DNA of 64,000 nucleotides. Origin: Candidatus Kapaibacterium sp. (GTDB lineage: Bacteria; Bacteroidota; Ignavibacteria; Kapaibacteriales; UBA2268). The position numbers were made by a program, and so were the translations under genes. The notes beneath the pieces are model-generated. The model had not been told where the DNA came from. It did no database searches and saw only the letters and a program-made list of their open reading frames with translations. Positions 21,111-31,036 of the stretch are shown piece by piece; within the stretch, counting starts at the first letter, position 1; every line of letters starts with the position of its first letter. The stretch is from contig OY761611.1 in NCBI GenBank assembly GCA_963664875.1, forward strand, positions 1,952,001-2,016,000. The letters are read 5' to 3'.

Positions 21111-22070
21111 TTAGAATATAAAATTGAAGAAATAGCCTAAGACTATAATAAAAACAGTTACAGTCCCAAAAAATGTTGCGAGGAACTGCCATTTCATAAC
21201 TTTTTTCAGTAACATGGCTTCAGGTAGAGAAAGTCCTACCACAGCCATCATAAATGCAAGCGCTGTACCAAGCGGAATACCTTTGCCGACTAATGCTTCT
21301 ACAACAGGTATAGCACCCGAGGCATTGGTGTACATTGGCACTGCAAGTATCACAGATACAGGAACAGCGAAGAAATTATCTACTGCCATATACTGCTCGA
21401 AGAAGCCATGAGGCACATAGCCGTGGATAGCTCCGCCGATAGCAAGACCCGCTACTATATAAAGAATAATACCTTTGATGATTCTAAATGCTTCGTTACT
21501 AACTTCAGGCATACGTTCAAGAAGAGAGCGGGTGTCTTTATCCCCGGCATTTGGTTTCATCTCCTGCATAGATTTTACCCAGTCAGTCAGGAATCTCTCT
21601 AACTTCATTCTGCCCAGTATCAAGCCACCCAAAGTGCCTAAAATCAGACCTGTCGCCACATATATGAGAGTAACTTTGATACCAAATATACCTATAAAAA
21701 GAGCAACTGCCACCTCATTTATAAGTGGCGAAGTAATCAGAAATGATAATGTTACTCCCATAGGAATACCGCCCTTAACAAAGCCGATAAACAGCGGAAT
21801 GGAAGAGCATGAGCAGAATGGAGTTACTGCACCAAGAAATGCCGCTATAAAGTTTTCAAAGCCAAATAGGTTTCTAGTTGCTAAGAAGTGACGAACTTTC
21901 TCTACGGGAAAGTAAGAATTAAACAAACCCATCAGATGAGTAATACCAATTAGCAATAGACCAATTTTGATAAAATCATAGACAAAGAACTGAAGTGCAG
22001 GCCCTAAACCACCTGCACTGCTAAGTCCGAAAGTATCATAAATCAGCCAGTCTGCAAAAGCTTCAATCAT
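21111..22070 (-). CDS. arsP: ArsP/DUF318 permease
   Basis: TPFCSCSSIP, SPLINE, LAVPMY, GLSLPE. Confidence 0.85.
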   Translation of the reverse strand: MIEAFADWLIYDTFGLSSAGGLGPALQFFVYDFIKIGLLLIGITHLMGLFNSYFPVEKVRHFLATRNLFGFENFIAAFLGAVTPFCSCSSIPLFIGFVKGGIPMGVTLSFLITSPLINEVAVALFIGIFGIKVTLIYVATGLILGTLGGLILGRMKLERFLTDWVKSMQEMKPNAGDKDTRSLLERMPEVSNEAFRIIKGIILYIVAGLAIGGAIHGYVPHGFFEQYMAVDNFFAVPVSVILAVPMYTNASGAIPVVEALVGKGIPLGTALAFMMAVVGLSLPEAMLLKKVMKWQFLATFFGTVTVFIIVLGYFFNFIF

Positions 22071-22074
22071 TGCA

Positions 22075-22323
22075 TTAGCCTAAATGTTTTTCTAATAGTT
22101 CTTTCGCCTGTTTCACATTTAAAAGTGAGCCATAAGAAGCAACTTTTTCGTTTATCACTAAGCCGGGAGTAGTCATTATACCATAAGCGAAGATTTTTTC
22201 CATATCATCTACTTTTTCAACCTTCACATCCAAGCCCATTTCTTTAACAGCTTCTTCAACATTTGCCTGCAATTTTGTGCATTTAGCACAACCTGTACCT
22301 AGTACTTTGATAGATTCAATCAT
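22075..22323 (-). CDS. arsE: MTH895/ArsE family small thioredoxin
   Basis: IKVLGTGCAKC, YGIMTTPGLVINE. Confidence 0.8.
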   Translation of the reverse strand: MIESIKVLGTGCAKCTKLQANVEEAVKEMGLDVKVEKVDDMEKIFAYGIMTTPGLVINEKVASYGSLLNVKQAKELLEKHLG

Positions 22324-22383
22324 TTTTGTTTTTCCTTTAGAAATTACTGTATTATTGCTATGGAATTACCATTATTATTTTCA

Positions 22384-22557
22384 GAGCTTGTCTTAAAAGT
22401 AAAATTTGAAATTTTTGCCGCAAGCTAAAGCATGCGGTTGCACATATGTAACTCATTGCTACCGCCTGCTTTAGCTGTCGGTAGAAACGCATATGGCAAT
22501 TATTAATTTACATATTTGCTAAAGTGTATGTAACACTACTAATTCTGCGACAAGCTC
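22384..22557. mobile_element. MITE-like element with terminal inverted repeats carrying an inverted REP doublet
   Basis: TIR gagcttgtc (22384-22392) / gacaagctc (22549-22557); internal palindromes at 22417-22438 and 22461-22482 related to 19839-19860. Confidence 0.55.
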
Positions 22558-22589
22558 GTGATAGCATAAGACACACGGTTCTAACATTA

Positions 22590-22940
22590 TTACCCCAACT
22601 CACAAAAACTGACACCGCAGCCGCAGGTTTGTCTATCTGCGAGCACAAGCGGATCGTCGTTTAGTATCGATTTTATATGATTTAAGTGGCAGCGGACACT
22701 CTCATCTTTGCTGTTTTCGACAAGAGAATAATGTACCCACTTACCCTCTTTTCTGCCTTGTATCAGCCCTGCGTCCCGAAGTATCGAAAGGTGCTTTGAA
22801 ACAGTTGAGTTTGCAAGACCGAGTATATCAGGAATTTTGCAAACACATTTCTCACCTGCTTCCAAAATCTTTAGTATTCTAAGCCGATTCGGATCAGAAA
22901 GGGCTTTGTATATTTTAACTGTGCTATCCATAAATCTCAT
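22590..22940 (-). CDS. arsR: ArsR/SmtB family repressor
   Basis: KALSDPNRLRIL, EKCVCKI, STVSKHLSILRDAGLI, GKWVHY; Cys-rich C-terminus. Confidence 0.92.
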   Translation of the reverse strand: MRFMDSTVKIYKALSDPNRLRILKILEAGEKCVCKIPDILGLANSTVSKHLSILRDAGLIQGRKEGKWVHYSLVENSKDESVRCHLNHIKSILNDDPLVLADRQTCGCGVSFCELG

Positions 22941-22947
22941 TTCGTTA

Positions 22948-22965
22948 TTTCGCTAATTGTCGAAA
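22948..22965. promoter_or_regulatory. Putative ArsR operator
   Basis: TTTCG-N8-CGAAA palindrome immediately upstream of arsR. Confidence 0.5.
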
Positions 22966-23087
22966 CGTAATATACGTTTGAATTTATATAATTGCAAGCT
23001 TTTCCTACCATTACAAATAAAATACATAGCGACATCATACGTTAATTATATTAGCGGTTTTTAATTTTATATCATATACATATCGCC

Positions 23088-23501
23088 ATGACAAGCAAAA
23101 ACACAAGCGGCAAATTCAAAATAACCTATATTACTACTAACGAATTTGAGATTAAATTCGAGGAAAGAGAGCAATACCTCTATGCTTTTGTGAAGGGATC
23201 ACAAGATAGCAAAAGTGTTTCAATTCAATTTTTAGAATTTGTTTTCTCGAGAATGGATGAGCTAAAATATGACAAGGCACTTATAGAAGAAGACTTCCCA
23301 AACCAAATTTCTATAGGTGACTTATACGAGGTTACAGAATATATTATTAAATATTTGAAAGGTGGTAAAAAACTTGCTCACGTTGATGATCAATCCGCCG
23401 ATTTGGATTTAAATCAGTTTGCTGAAACTGTTGCTACGAATCGGGGTACTTTATTCAAATCTTTCGGCGACAATAAATCTGCATTGAACTGGCTCCTATA
23501 A
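23088..23501 (+). CDS. Hypothetical protein (STAS/SpoIIAA-like small alpha/beta protein)
   Basis: 137 aa; FAETVATNRG...F...A..WLL C-terminus; adjacent paralog. Confidence 0.7.
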   Translation: MTSKNTSGKFKITYITTNEFEIKFEEREQYLYAFVKGSQDSKSVSIQFLEFVFSRMDELKYDKALIEEDFPNQISIGDLYEVTEYIIKYLKGGKKLAHVDDQSADLDLNQFAETVATNRGTLFKSFGDNKSALNWLL

Positions 23502-23697
23502 GTTTGTTATATTTTTAGCACTTTAAGAATTCTTAGTCTATTTTAAAACTATGCCACCAAAAACAACTTATTTTATTCTATTCCTTATAGGGATTAAAAC
23601 ATTCACTACAGATAGTTAAATTCAGTAGAAGTACCTATTTATATATCTCTATATTTACGTATTTTGAAATACTTATTATTGCGTACCAGAGAATCAG

Positions 23698-24104
23698 ATG
23701 TTATTTAGTCAAGTACTTTTGCCGGATACTGTTGAGTATTCATATACATTAAAAGAGAAAGATAAAACAAACTATCTTTATGCTTTCGCTAAAGGTAATA
23801 AAGATACTAAAGAAGTTTCTTTTGATTACCTCTTTACTGCCTTGAATAAGGCTGAATTTTTCAATACTGATAAAATTTTATTAGAAGAACACTTTGGTTC
23901 TCAACTGTCGACAACTGAGTTATTTGACATTGTACCTTCTTGGTTCATAAATCTGAGTGTAAATATAAAATAGCACATGTAGATCGTAGCTCTTCCGATA
24001 TAGATTTAAATAGATTTTTCGAACAAATTGCTGTAAACAGGGGCCTAAACTTTAAAGTTTTCGACCACTTAGAAGAAGCAGAGAAGTGGCTCTTAGAATT
24101 GTAG
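23698..24104 (+). pseudogene. Frameshifted paralog of 23088..23501
   Basis: After a 1-nt shift near 23934 the frame continues FLVHKSECKYKIAHVDRSSSDIDLNRFFEQIAVNRGLNFKVF..AEKWLLEL*, collinear with the upstream paralog. Confidence 0.8.
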
Positions 24105-24132
24105 CTCCAAAAGAAGTTATATTTATTCATAT

Positions 24133-24150
24133 TTTCAATTATTTTTGAAA
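24133..24150. promoter_or_regulatory. TTTCA-N8-TGAAA operator (site 1)
   Basis: tttcaattatttttgaaa upstream of the GbsR-like gene; second copy at 24705-24722. Confidence 0.6.
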
Positions 24151-24178
24151 ATACAGAAACTATTTGTATATTGTATGT

Positions 24179-24685
24179 ATGAAACTATCTGATGGACAAT
24201 ATAAGTTTATTATGTCATGGGGAAGTCTTGGTTCTCAGTGGGGAATGAATAAGACTTTGGCTCAGATTCACGGCTTATTTCTAGTAACTGAAGAAGCGTT
24301 GAGCACTGATGAGATCATGGAAACACTCAAGATATCGAGAGGAAATGCAAATATGAATGTGCGAACTCTTGTTGATTGGGGTATGGTTTATAAAGAGTTA
24401 GTAGCCGGTGAGAGGAAAGAGTTCTTCATAGGCGAGAAAGATATGTGGCTTATCCTCAAGCGTATCATGAAAGTCAGGAAAGAAAGAGAACTTGATCCGA
24501 TGCTACGTATGGTAAAAGATTTGAAAGCATCAGAACAAAATCAAAAAACTGAAGAATCAGAACAATTTGTAGAGCGATTAAATGAAATCGAACAATTTGC
24601 AACTCAAGCAGATAAAACTCTTTCTACACTACTTAGCTCAGATGAAAGCTGGTTTTGGAGTACGTTTATGAAGCTAATGAAGTAA
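24179..24685 (+). CDS. GbsR/MarR family transcriptional regulator
   Basis: WGSLGSQWGMNKTLAQIHGL, ISRGNANMNVRTLVDWG, GERKEFF; ATG 24179 preferred. Confidence 0.88.
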   Translation: MKLSDGQYKFIMSWGSLGSQWGMNKTLAQIHGLFLVTEEALSTDEIMETLKISRGNANMNVRTLVDWGMVYKELVAGERKEFFIGEKDMWLILKRIMKVRKERELDPMLRMVKDLKASEQNQKTEESEQFVERLNEIEQFATQADKTLSTLLSSDESWFWSTFMKLMK

Positions 24686-24704
24686 ATATTTTTTTACATA
24701 TAAG

Positions 24705-24722
24705 TTTCAATATTTTCTGAAA
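24705..24722. promoter_or_regulatory. TTTCA-N8-TGAAA operator (site 2)
   Basis: tttcaatattttctgaaa upstream of the SDR gene. Confidence 0.6.
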
Positions 24723-24746
24723 GTACAATATATTACAGAGGTTAAT

Positions 24747-25652
24747 ATGAAAAAGATTATTGTAACAGGTGCCTTAGGATATTCAGGTAAAGTGATAAGC
24801 GAGAAACTAATTGAACGCGGATTTTCAGTCAAAACTCTGACTAATTCGCTACACAAACCAAATCCATTTGGAAAAAATCTGGAAATAGCATCTTTTAATT
24901 TTGACAGACCTGATGAACTAATCAAGTCTATGGAATCTTACGATACACTGGTAAACACATATTGGGTTCGTTTTAATCATAAAAGTTTCAATCACCAAGA
25001 TGCAGTAAAGAATACAAAGATTCTCATTGATACTGCAAGAGAGGCAGGTATAAAAAGGTTTGTACATGTTAGCATAACAAATCCTGATAAAAATTCAAAC
25101 TTAGAGTATTTTAGAGGGAAGGGTGAACTCGAAGAATATTTAGTAACATCAGGTCTTTCATACTCAATTGTTCGACCGGCCGTTCTTTTTGGAAGAGGTG
25201 ACATCCTTATAAATAATATTGCCTGGATGGTAAGACACTTGCCTGTTTTTGGAGTTTTTGGAGATGGAGGCTATAAATTACAGCCAATACATATTGATGA
25301 TTTTGCACAAGTCCTTATAGATGAAGCTCAATCTGCAGTAAATCATACTATTAATGCAATCGGAGTTGAAACATATACATATAAACAACTTGTTCAAACA
25401 ATAATGGAAATATTATCTATCAGCAAGCCAATTATCTCTGTTCCTCCATTCTTGGGTTATCTTGCAGGCAAAATTATTAGTTCTCTCAAAGGTGATGTAA
25501 CTATTACCAGAGAGGAGATTAAAGGCCTTATGGATAATTTACTTTATGTTTCGGATAATGCTTTAGGTAAGACCAAATTGAGTGAATATATCTTAGAAAA
25601 CAAAGATTCTATTGGAAAAATTTATGCAAATGAACTGGAGCGTAGAGTATAA
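24747..25652 (+). CDS. Atypical SDR / NAD(P)-binding protein (NDUFA9-like)
   Basis: IVTGALGYSG, YFRGK, IVRPAVLFG, QPIHIDD. Confidence 0.85.
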   Translation: MKKIIVTGALGYSGKVISEKLIERGFSVKTLTNSLHKPNPFGKNLEIASFNFDRPDELIKSMESYDTLVNTYWVRFNHKSFNHQDAVKNTKILIDTAREAGIKRFVHVSITNPDKNSNLEYFRGKGELEEYLVTSGLSYSIVRPAVLFGRGDILINNIAWMVRHLPVFGVFGDGGYKLQPIHIDDFAQVLIDEAQSAVNHTINAIGVETYTYKQLVQTIMEILSISKPIISVPPFLGYLAGKIISSLKGDVTITREEIKGLMDNLLYVSDNALGKTKLSEYILENKDSIGKIYANELERRV

Positions 25653-25759
25653 TTTCTTAACACAAATCAAACAAAACTTACTCAATAAATTGATTTAGTC
25701 TTGCCAAAACTTTTAGCTAATTTTGAAATAATAATATTTAACATTTTTGATTAGGACAA

Positions 25760-26737
25760 ATGTTTATGCAGCTAAGAAAATTGATTTATCTGGCAATGCT
25801 TTTTGTTAGCTTTTCACTGGCTACGAACGCACAGATGCAGCCACAGCTACCTACTCCTGTTGATGCTGACTCACTCGGTACACTTGACGGAAAATTTACC
25901 TATATGATAGCAAGTGATCTCGGCAGGAACGGGTATTATTATCAGAAACCTATTGCAGAGATGATGGGCGAAGTGGCTGATATAGCTGATGTAGAGTTTA
26001 TAGCAGGTCTTGGAGACGTGCATCATTACTTAGGAGTCCAATCCACAACAGATCCTTTATGGATGACAAATTTTGAGCTTGTTTATAGCCACCCGGAGTT
26101 GCAGCGACCTTGGTTCACTATTCTTGGCAACCATGAGTATCGTGGGAACACGCAGGCAGTTTTGGACTACTCTAAGGTGAGCAGACGTTGGAAACCTGAA
26201 GGAAGATATTATGCAAAAGAGGTAGAAATTTCTGATTCTACAACAGCACTTTTACTATTCATTGATACTCCTTCAATGATAGATAAATATAGACAAGACG
26301 CAGAAGACTATCCGGATGCAACTGCTATCAGCATAGAAGAGCAGCTCAAATGGATAGAAACTACTCTAAAAAATTCAAAAGCAAAATGGAAAATAGTTAT
26401 GGGGCACCACCCTGTATATGTTGGCACTAATAAAGATGAAATCGAACAACTTAATCTGCAGGAACGCCTTTTGCCTATACTCGAAAAGTATAACGTAGAT
26501 ATGACTTTTGCCGGCCATATTCACAACTTCCAGCATTTACAAATCAAATCATCGAAAATTGATTATTTCGTAAACTCTTCTGCCTCTCAATCCAGAAAGG
26601 TAGAACCACGCGAAGGGCAGGTTTTTGTAAATCCTGAAGCAGGCTTTACGCTTTGCACTTTGGAAGATAATCAGATCACAGTCACATTTGTAAATAAAGA
26701 TGGAAAGATAATCTATCAGTACAGTAGAGTCAAATAA
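25760..26737 (+). CDS. Secreted metallophosphoesterase (purple/tartrate-resistant acid phosphatase type)
   Basis: Signal peptide; DLG, GD, GNHE, GHHP, GHIH. Confidence 0.9.
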   Translation: MFMQLRKLIYLAMLFVSFSLATNAQMQPQLPTPVDADSLGTLDGKFTYMIASDLGRNGYYYQKPIAEMMGEVADIADVEFIAGLGDVHHYLGVQSTTDPLWMTNFELVYSHPELQRPWFTILGNHEYRGNTQAVLDYSKVSRRWKPEGRYYAKEVEISDSTTALLLFIDTPSMIDKYRQDAEDYPDATAISIEEQLKWIETTLKNSKAKWKIVMGHHPVYVGTNKDEIEQLNLQERLLPILEKYNVDMTFAGHIHNFQHLQIKSSKIDYFVNSSASQSRKVEPREGQVFVNPEAGFTLCTLEDNQITVTFVNKDGKIIYQYSRVK

Positions 26738-26740
26738 AAT

Positions 26741-26770
26741 GAGGATACGAATTTTGTAGTTCGTATCCTT
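26741..26770. terminator. Hairpin between convergent genes
   Basis: gaggatacgaa...ttcgtatcctt. Confidence 0.65.
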
Positions 26771-26784
26771 AATTTTACATATTT

Positions 26785-27504
26785 TTAATCTACTTTGAGA
26801 AAAATTCCATCAATTTCCATTATTTCACCTGTCTTGAGGTTGTGCCATCCGGATTCAACAGAAGCCAGTCTAAATCCTAATGAATACATATAATATATCA
26901 TTTCAGTGAATGATTCGGAATCTTCGTAGAAACTATTTACGGGCAATTCTAATTGAAAACCCTGTATTTTATCTAAAGAGTTTCGTGCCCCTTCAATAAT
27001 ATTCTTTTCGAAACCTTGTGCATCAATTTTGACAAAAAGTTTGTTGCCTTCTTTATAATAGTCCAACAAAACTGTATCTAACTTTTTAACTTGTATAGTT
27101 TCTTTTCCTATGACTTTTGATTCAGGTACTAAATCTACAGAACTTTGTTTGACATCTAGTATTGAAGAAGATACAGAGTTTTCTGATATATTGATTTCAG
27201 CTTCTCCGTCAAAATCTCCTAAAGCGAAATTTTCAGTATCCCATTGTTTATCATTTTTAGCTAAGTCGGTCAAAGCCATGAAAGGTTTAGATTGAGGTTC
27301 AAAAGAAATAATTTTGCCCGAAAACCCATTATGTCTGACTCCATGGCCATAAAGTCCTATGTGAGCACCTATGTCAAAGATTAAATCTATCTTGTTGTGC
27401 TGAAATATTAGATTTCTCATTTTAGCATCTTTGTTCTTAAAAGCATACATCCCATAAGAAAATTTTGGGAAATATTTCTTTAGCATCAGTTTAAGATTGC
27501 TCAT
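26785..27504 (-). CDS. FkbM family methyltransferase
   Basis: FDIGAHIG, SFEP, ALGD, KIDAQGFE. Confidence 0.9.
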   Translation of the reverse strand: MSNLKLMLKKYFPKFSYGMYAFKNKDAKMRNLIFQHNKIDLIFDIGAHIGLYGHGVRHNGFSGKIISFEPQSKPFMALTDLAKNDKQWDTENFALGDFDGEAEINISENSVSSSILDVKQSSVDLVPESKVIGKETIQVKKLDTVLLDYYKEGNKLFVKIDAQGFEKNIIEGARNSLDKIQGFQLELPVNSFYEDSESFTEMIYYMYSLGFRLASVESGWHNLKTGEIMEIDGIFLKVD

Positions 27505-27739
27505 AATTTGTCCGTAAAGTAATATAATTTATGCTCATAATAAAACTTAAAAATACAAAAAACTATTTACAAACAATACAAAAAGAATAATTCAATCCCG
27601 GCTGTGATATTAAATTGACCAATTTTAAAATTGATAGTAAAAATCTTAAACTAATTCGATTTCTATTTGTCTAATCTAAAGAAAACGGATTTTCAATATT
27701 CTATATTAAAATGTGGGTATAATCAAATTGGGGCACAAT

Positions 27740-30700
27740 ATGATTAAAAGACATCTAACAAAAATAATATTTCTATTTACAGTTGGGATTCTTTTCCCAA
27801 TATGCAACTTTGTACTAGGTCAAACACCAGAAATCATTGAAAAGATTGAACCTGCAACAGCAAAAGCAGGAACTAACAATTTGGATATTTCTATTACTTT
27901 ATTGGATTTGGGTACTCCACCTATACCACCATCTGAAGTCATTCCTTCTTCAATTACTTTCGGTAATATAGAAGCTAATAGCATTTCGCGGGATGAGCTT
28001 ATTATATCAGCAAAAATTAGTATCCCTGAAGATGAAACAAACGGACTGAAAGATGTGTCCATTTCTTTTCCGGGACCAAATAGCCAAACAATAACTTTTA
28101 CAAAAACTGTGGCATTTGAAATAACAGGAGGTAAAGATGATGAGGCTCCCAATCTCACAGGTGGAGAAGGTGGCGAAACACTATTTACTCCACTTGGTTC
28201 TAAGAATACATATCTCATCAATCAGGAAGGCAAAACAATTCATACCTGGACAAGCGATTATCGCCCTGCTCTAAGCTGTTATTTGCTTAATGACAAATCA
28301 CTTCTCCGAACTGCAAACGGAAACAATCCTAATTTTCCTAATGCGGCAGGCACTTGTGGTAAAATTGAACGTTTTGATTGGAATGGTAATCTGATATGGG
28401 AATTTGAACTTGAAGACGAAAAAATGATGATTCATCACGATATAGAATATCTACCAAACGGCAATATCCTTGCAATTGCTTTTCAATATAAATCAGACGA
28501 TGAAGCTATTGCCGCAGGCAGAAAAACAAATCTATTATCCAACGAAGGTTTATGGCAGGATGTTATTATTGAAATCGAGCCTACTTTCCCAAGTGGTGGG
28601 GACATAATTTGGAAATGGGAGACATGGGATCACTTAGTACAGGATGTTGACACGAGCAAACCTAATTATGGGGATGTCTCAGAAAACTTTGGGAAAATTG
28701 ATATAAACTATGCCTTAATGCCAAAAGGCGGAGATTGGACTCACTTCAATGGTATAGACTACAACGAAGAACTTGATCAGATTTTAATTACATCTCGTAA
28801 CTTTTCAGAAGTTTGGATAATAGACCACAATACCAGCACAGAAGAAGCTGCAGGCAAAAAAGGAGATTTACTCTATCGTTGGGGCAATCCTGCTGCTTAT
28901 GGAAGAGGAACAGAAGCTGACCAAATGCTATACGTACCTCATAATGCAGAATGGATTATGTCTGGTTACCCGGGCGAAGGAGATATTTTGATATTTAACA
29001 ATGGTCAAAACAGATCTGACGGCAATTACTCAACTATCGACCAGTTTACTCCACCTATTGTTAATGGTAAATATGAAATTTCCAATAATGAAGCTTTCGC
29101 ACCAAGTAACTTGTCTTGGACTTATAAAGCGGCAACTCCAACTGAATTCTTTAGTACCAACATCTCCGGGGCGCAAAGACTTAAAGGAGGTAACACACTA
29201 ATTTGCGAAGGAACTACAGGAAGGATGTTTGAAGTTGAAGAAGATGGAACTATAGTTTGGCAATACATAAATCCTTACTATAATGTGCAACAAGCTGATA
29301 CAAATCGTCAGGTTTTCAGAGCGACTCGATATGATGTGAAAACTATGGGTTCGGGAACTCCAAATCTTACTATTCCTTATCCAATAGTCGATACCGGTCA
29401 GGATTTGTGCTATAATTCCAAAGGTGCAGAAATAGAATCACCTTCTGAATCCGATGATTTTTACGGACAGGACGCACAATTTAACGGAAATCTGCCAAAC
29501 TACACAGACAATGGTGACGGCACTATCACAGATAACGTAACCGGACTTATGTGGTCCAAATCTTCAGATTTGAATGGAGATGGCACTATAAATGTAGCTG
29601 ATAAACTTACTCAAGCTCAGGCTGAAGCCGGAGCAGAAGAATTTACTTTAGGAGGTTACGATGATTGGAGACTTCCTACTATCAAGGAGTTATACTCTTT
29701 GATAATGTTCTCAGGCAAAGACGTTAGCGGTTATAGCGGAACAGATACAGAAAATCTGACTCCATTCATTGATAGCGACTACTTTGAGATAGGGTATGGC
29801 GATATGGATGCAGGAGAAAGAATAATTGATGCGCAATTCGCTACTACTACAATCTATGTCAGCACTACAATGAACGGTGCAAGAACTATGTTTGGTGTTA
29901 ATCTCGCTGACGGGAGAATCAAAGGCTACCCGACAGATGCTATGCAAGGAGGCGAAGGCAAACTTTTCTATGTTCATTATGTTCGTGGCAATGCTGAATA
30001 TGGCATAAATGATTTTGTTGATAATGAAGATGGTACTATTACTGATAAAGCTACAGGACTAATGTGGTCGCAAGATGACTCCAAAACAGGGCTTAACTGG
30101 CAGGAAGCTTTAGCTTGGGTAAAACAGAAAAACAGCGAAAACTTCTTAGGTCATAATGACTGGAGCTTGCCAAATGTGAAAGAGTTGCAAAGTATTGTTG
30201 ATTACACTCGCTCTCCGGCAACATCAGGCACTGCTGCAATAGATCCACTTTTTACCTGCACTGAGATAACTGATGAGGGTGGAGAGCCTAACTTCCCGTT
30301 CTATTGGAGCGCCACAACCCATGCAAATATGCAAAATGGTTCTTCTGCTGCTTATGTTGCTTTTGGCGAAGGGCTTGGCTTTATGACTAATCAGCAAGGG
30401 AATAACCCTACTTTGATGGATGTCCATGGTGCAGGTTGCCAAAGAAGTGACCCGAAAGAAGGCAATCCTGAAGAATACCCAACAGGGCACGGTCCACAGG
30501 GAGATGTAATAAGAATTTATAATTATGTTCGCTTAGTTCGGGCTGCAGAACCGGATGTAAGCATAAATGAAAACAGAAATCTATATCATGAGATGGAGCT
30601 TTATCAGAACACTCCTAATCCGGTTCAGAACAGCACAGATATATCATTTACTATCTCGAATAGTCAAGATATAACCCTTGCGGTATATGATGAATTAGGT

Positions 30701-30850
30701 CAAAAAGTAGCTGAAATATTAAACTCACATCTCGAAGCAGGTGAGCATAGCTACAATTTTGATGCTAAGAATCTTAATAGCGGAGTTTACTACTATATCC
30801 TAAATGCAGGAGATAAGCTGCTGACTAAAATGATGACAGTAGTTAAGTAG
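27740..30850 (+). CDS. T9SS-secreted aryl-sulfate sulfotransferase-like / DUF1566 fusion protein
   Basis: HHDIEYLPNGNIL, DWTHFNGIDY, HNAEW, ISGAQRL (ASST); two DNxDGTITDxxTGLMW...DW(R/S)LP..KEL units (DUF1566); CTD QNTPNP...SGVYYY. Confidence 0.85.
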   Translation: MIKRHLTKIIFLFTVGILFPICNFVLGQTPEIIEKIEPATAKAGTNNLDISITLLDLGTPPIPPSEVIPSSITFGNIEANSISRDELIISAKISIPEDETNGLKDVSISFPGPNSQTITFTKTVAFEITGGKDDEAPNLTGGEGGETLFTPLGSKNTYLINQEGKTIHTWTSDYRPALSCYLLNDKSLLRTANGNNPNFPNAAGTCGKIERFDWNGNLIWEFELEDEKMMIHHDIEYLPNGNILAIAFQYKSDDEAIAAGRKTNLLSNEGLWQDVIIEIEPTFPSGGDIIWKWETWDHLVQDVDTSKPNYGDVSENFGKIDINYALMPKGGDWTHFNGIDYNEELDQILITSRNFSEVWIIDHNTSTEEAAGKKGDLLYRWGNPAAYGRGTEADQMLYVPHNAEWIMSGYPGEGDILIFNNGQNRSDGNYSTIDQFTPPIVNGKYEISNNEAFAPSNLSWTYKAATPTEFFSTNISGAQRLKGGNTLICEGTTGRMFEVEEDGTIVWQYINPYYNVQQADTNRQVFRATRYDVKTMGSGTPNLTIPYPIVDTGQDLCYNSKGAEIESPSESDDFYGQDAQFNGNLPNYTDNGDGTITDNVTGLMWSKSSDLNGDGTINVADKLTQAQAEAGAEEFTLGGYDDWRLPTIKELYSLIMFSGKDVSGYSGTDTENLTPFIDSDYFEIGYGDMDAGERIIDAQFATTTIYVSTTMNGARTMFGVNLADGRIKGYPTDAMQGGEGKLFYVHYVRGNAEYGINDFVDNEDGTITDKATGLMWSQDDSKTGLNWQEALAWVKQKNSENFLGHNDWSLPNVKELQSIVDYTRSPATSGTAAIDPLFTCTEITDEGGEPNFPFYWSATTHANMQNGSSAAYVAFGEGLGFMTNQQGNNPTLMDVHGAGCQRSDPKEGNPEEYPTGHGPQGDVIRIYNYVRLVRAAEPDVSINENRNLYHEMELYQNTPNPVQNSTDISFTISNSQDITLAVYDELGQKVAEILNSHLEAGEHSYNFDAKNLNSGVYYYILNAGDKLLTKMMTVVK

Positions 30851-30871
30851 GTATTTTGCTACAAAAGAATA

Positions 30872-30908
30872 AAAGCTGCCCGGAGATTATATTTCTGAGC
30901 AGCTTTTT
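30872..30908 (+). terminator. Intrinsic terminator, left copy of the direct repeat flanking darTG
   Basis: aaagctgcccggagattatatttctgagcagcttttt; 34/37 identical to 32727-32763. Confidence 0.8.
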
Positions 30909-31036
30909 TTGTGTCATTTTTAAGATTTGAGCAAATTTGCTAAGATTACAACTATATTTGCTATATTAGAGTATATTTTTGCATTTTTTGTGAAATTTAT
31001 TACGATTAGATAATATATTTAAAAGGATGTAGCCTT

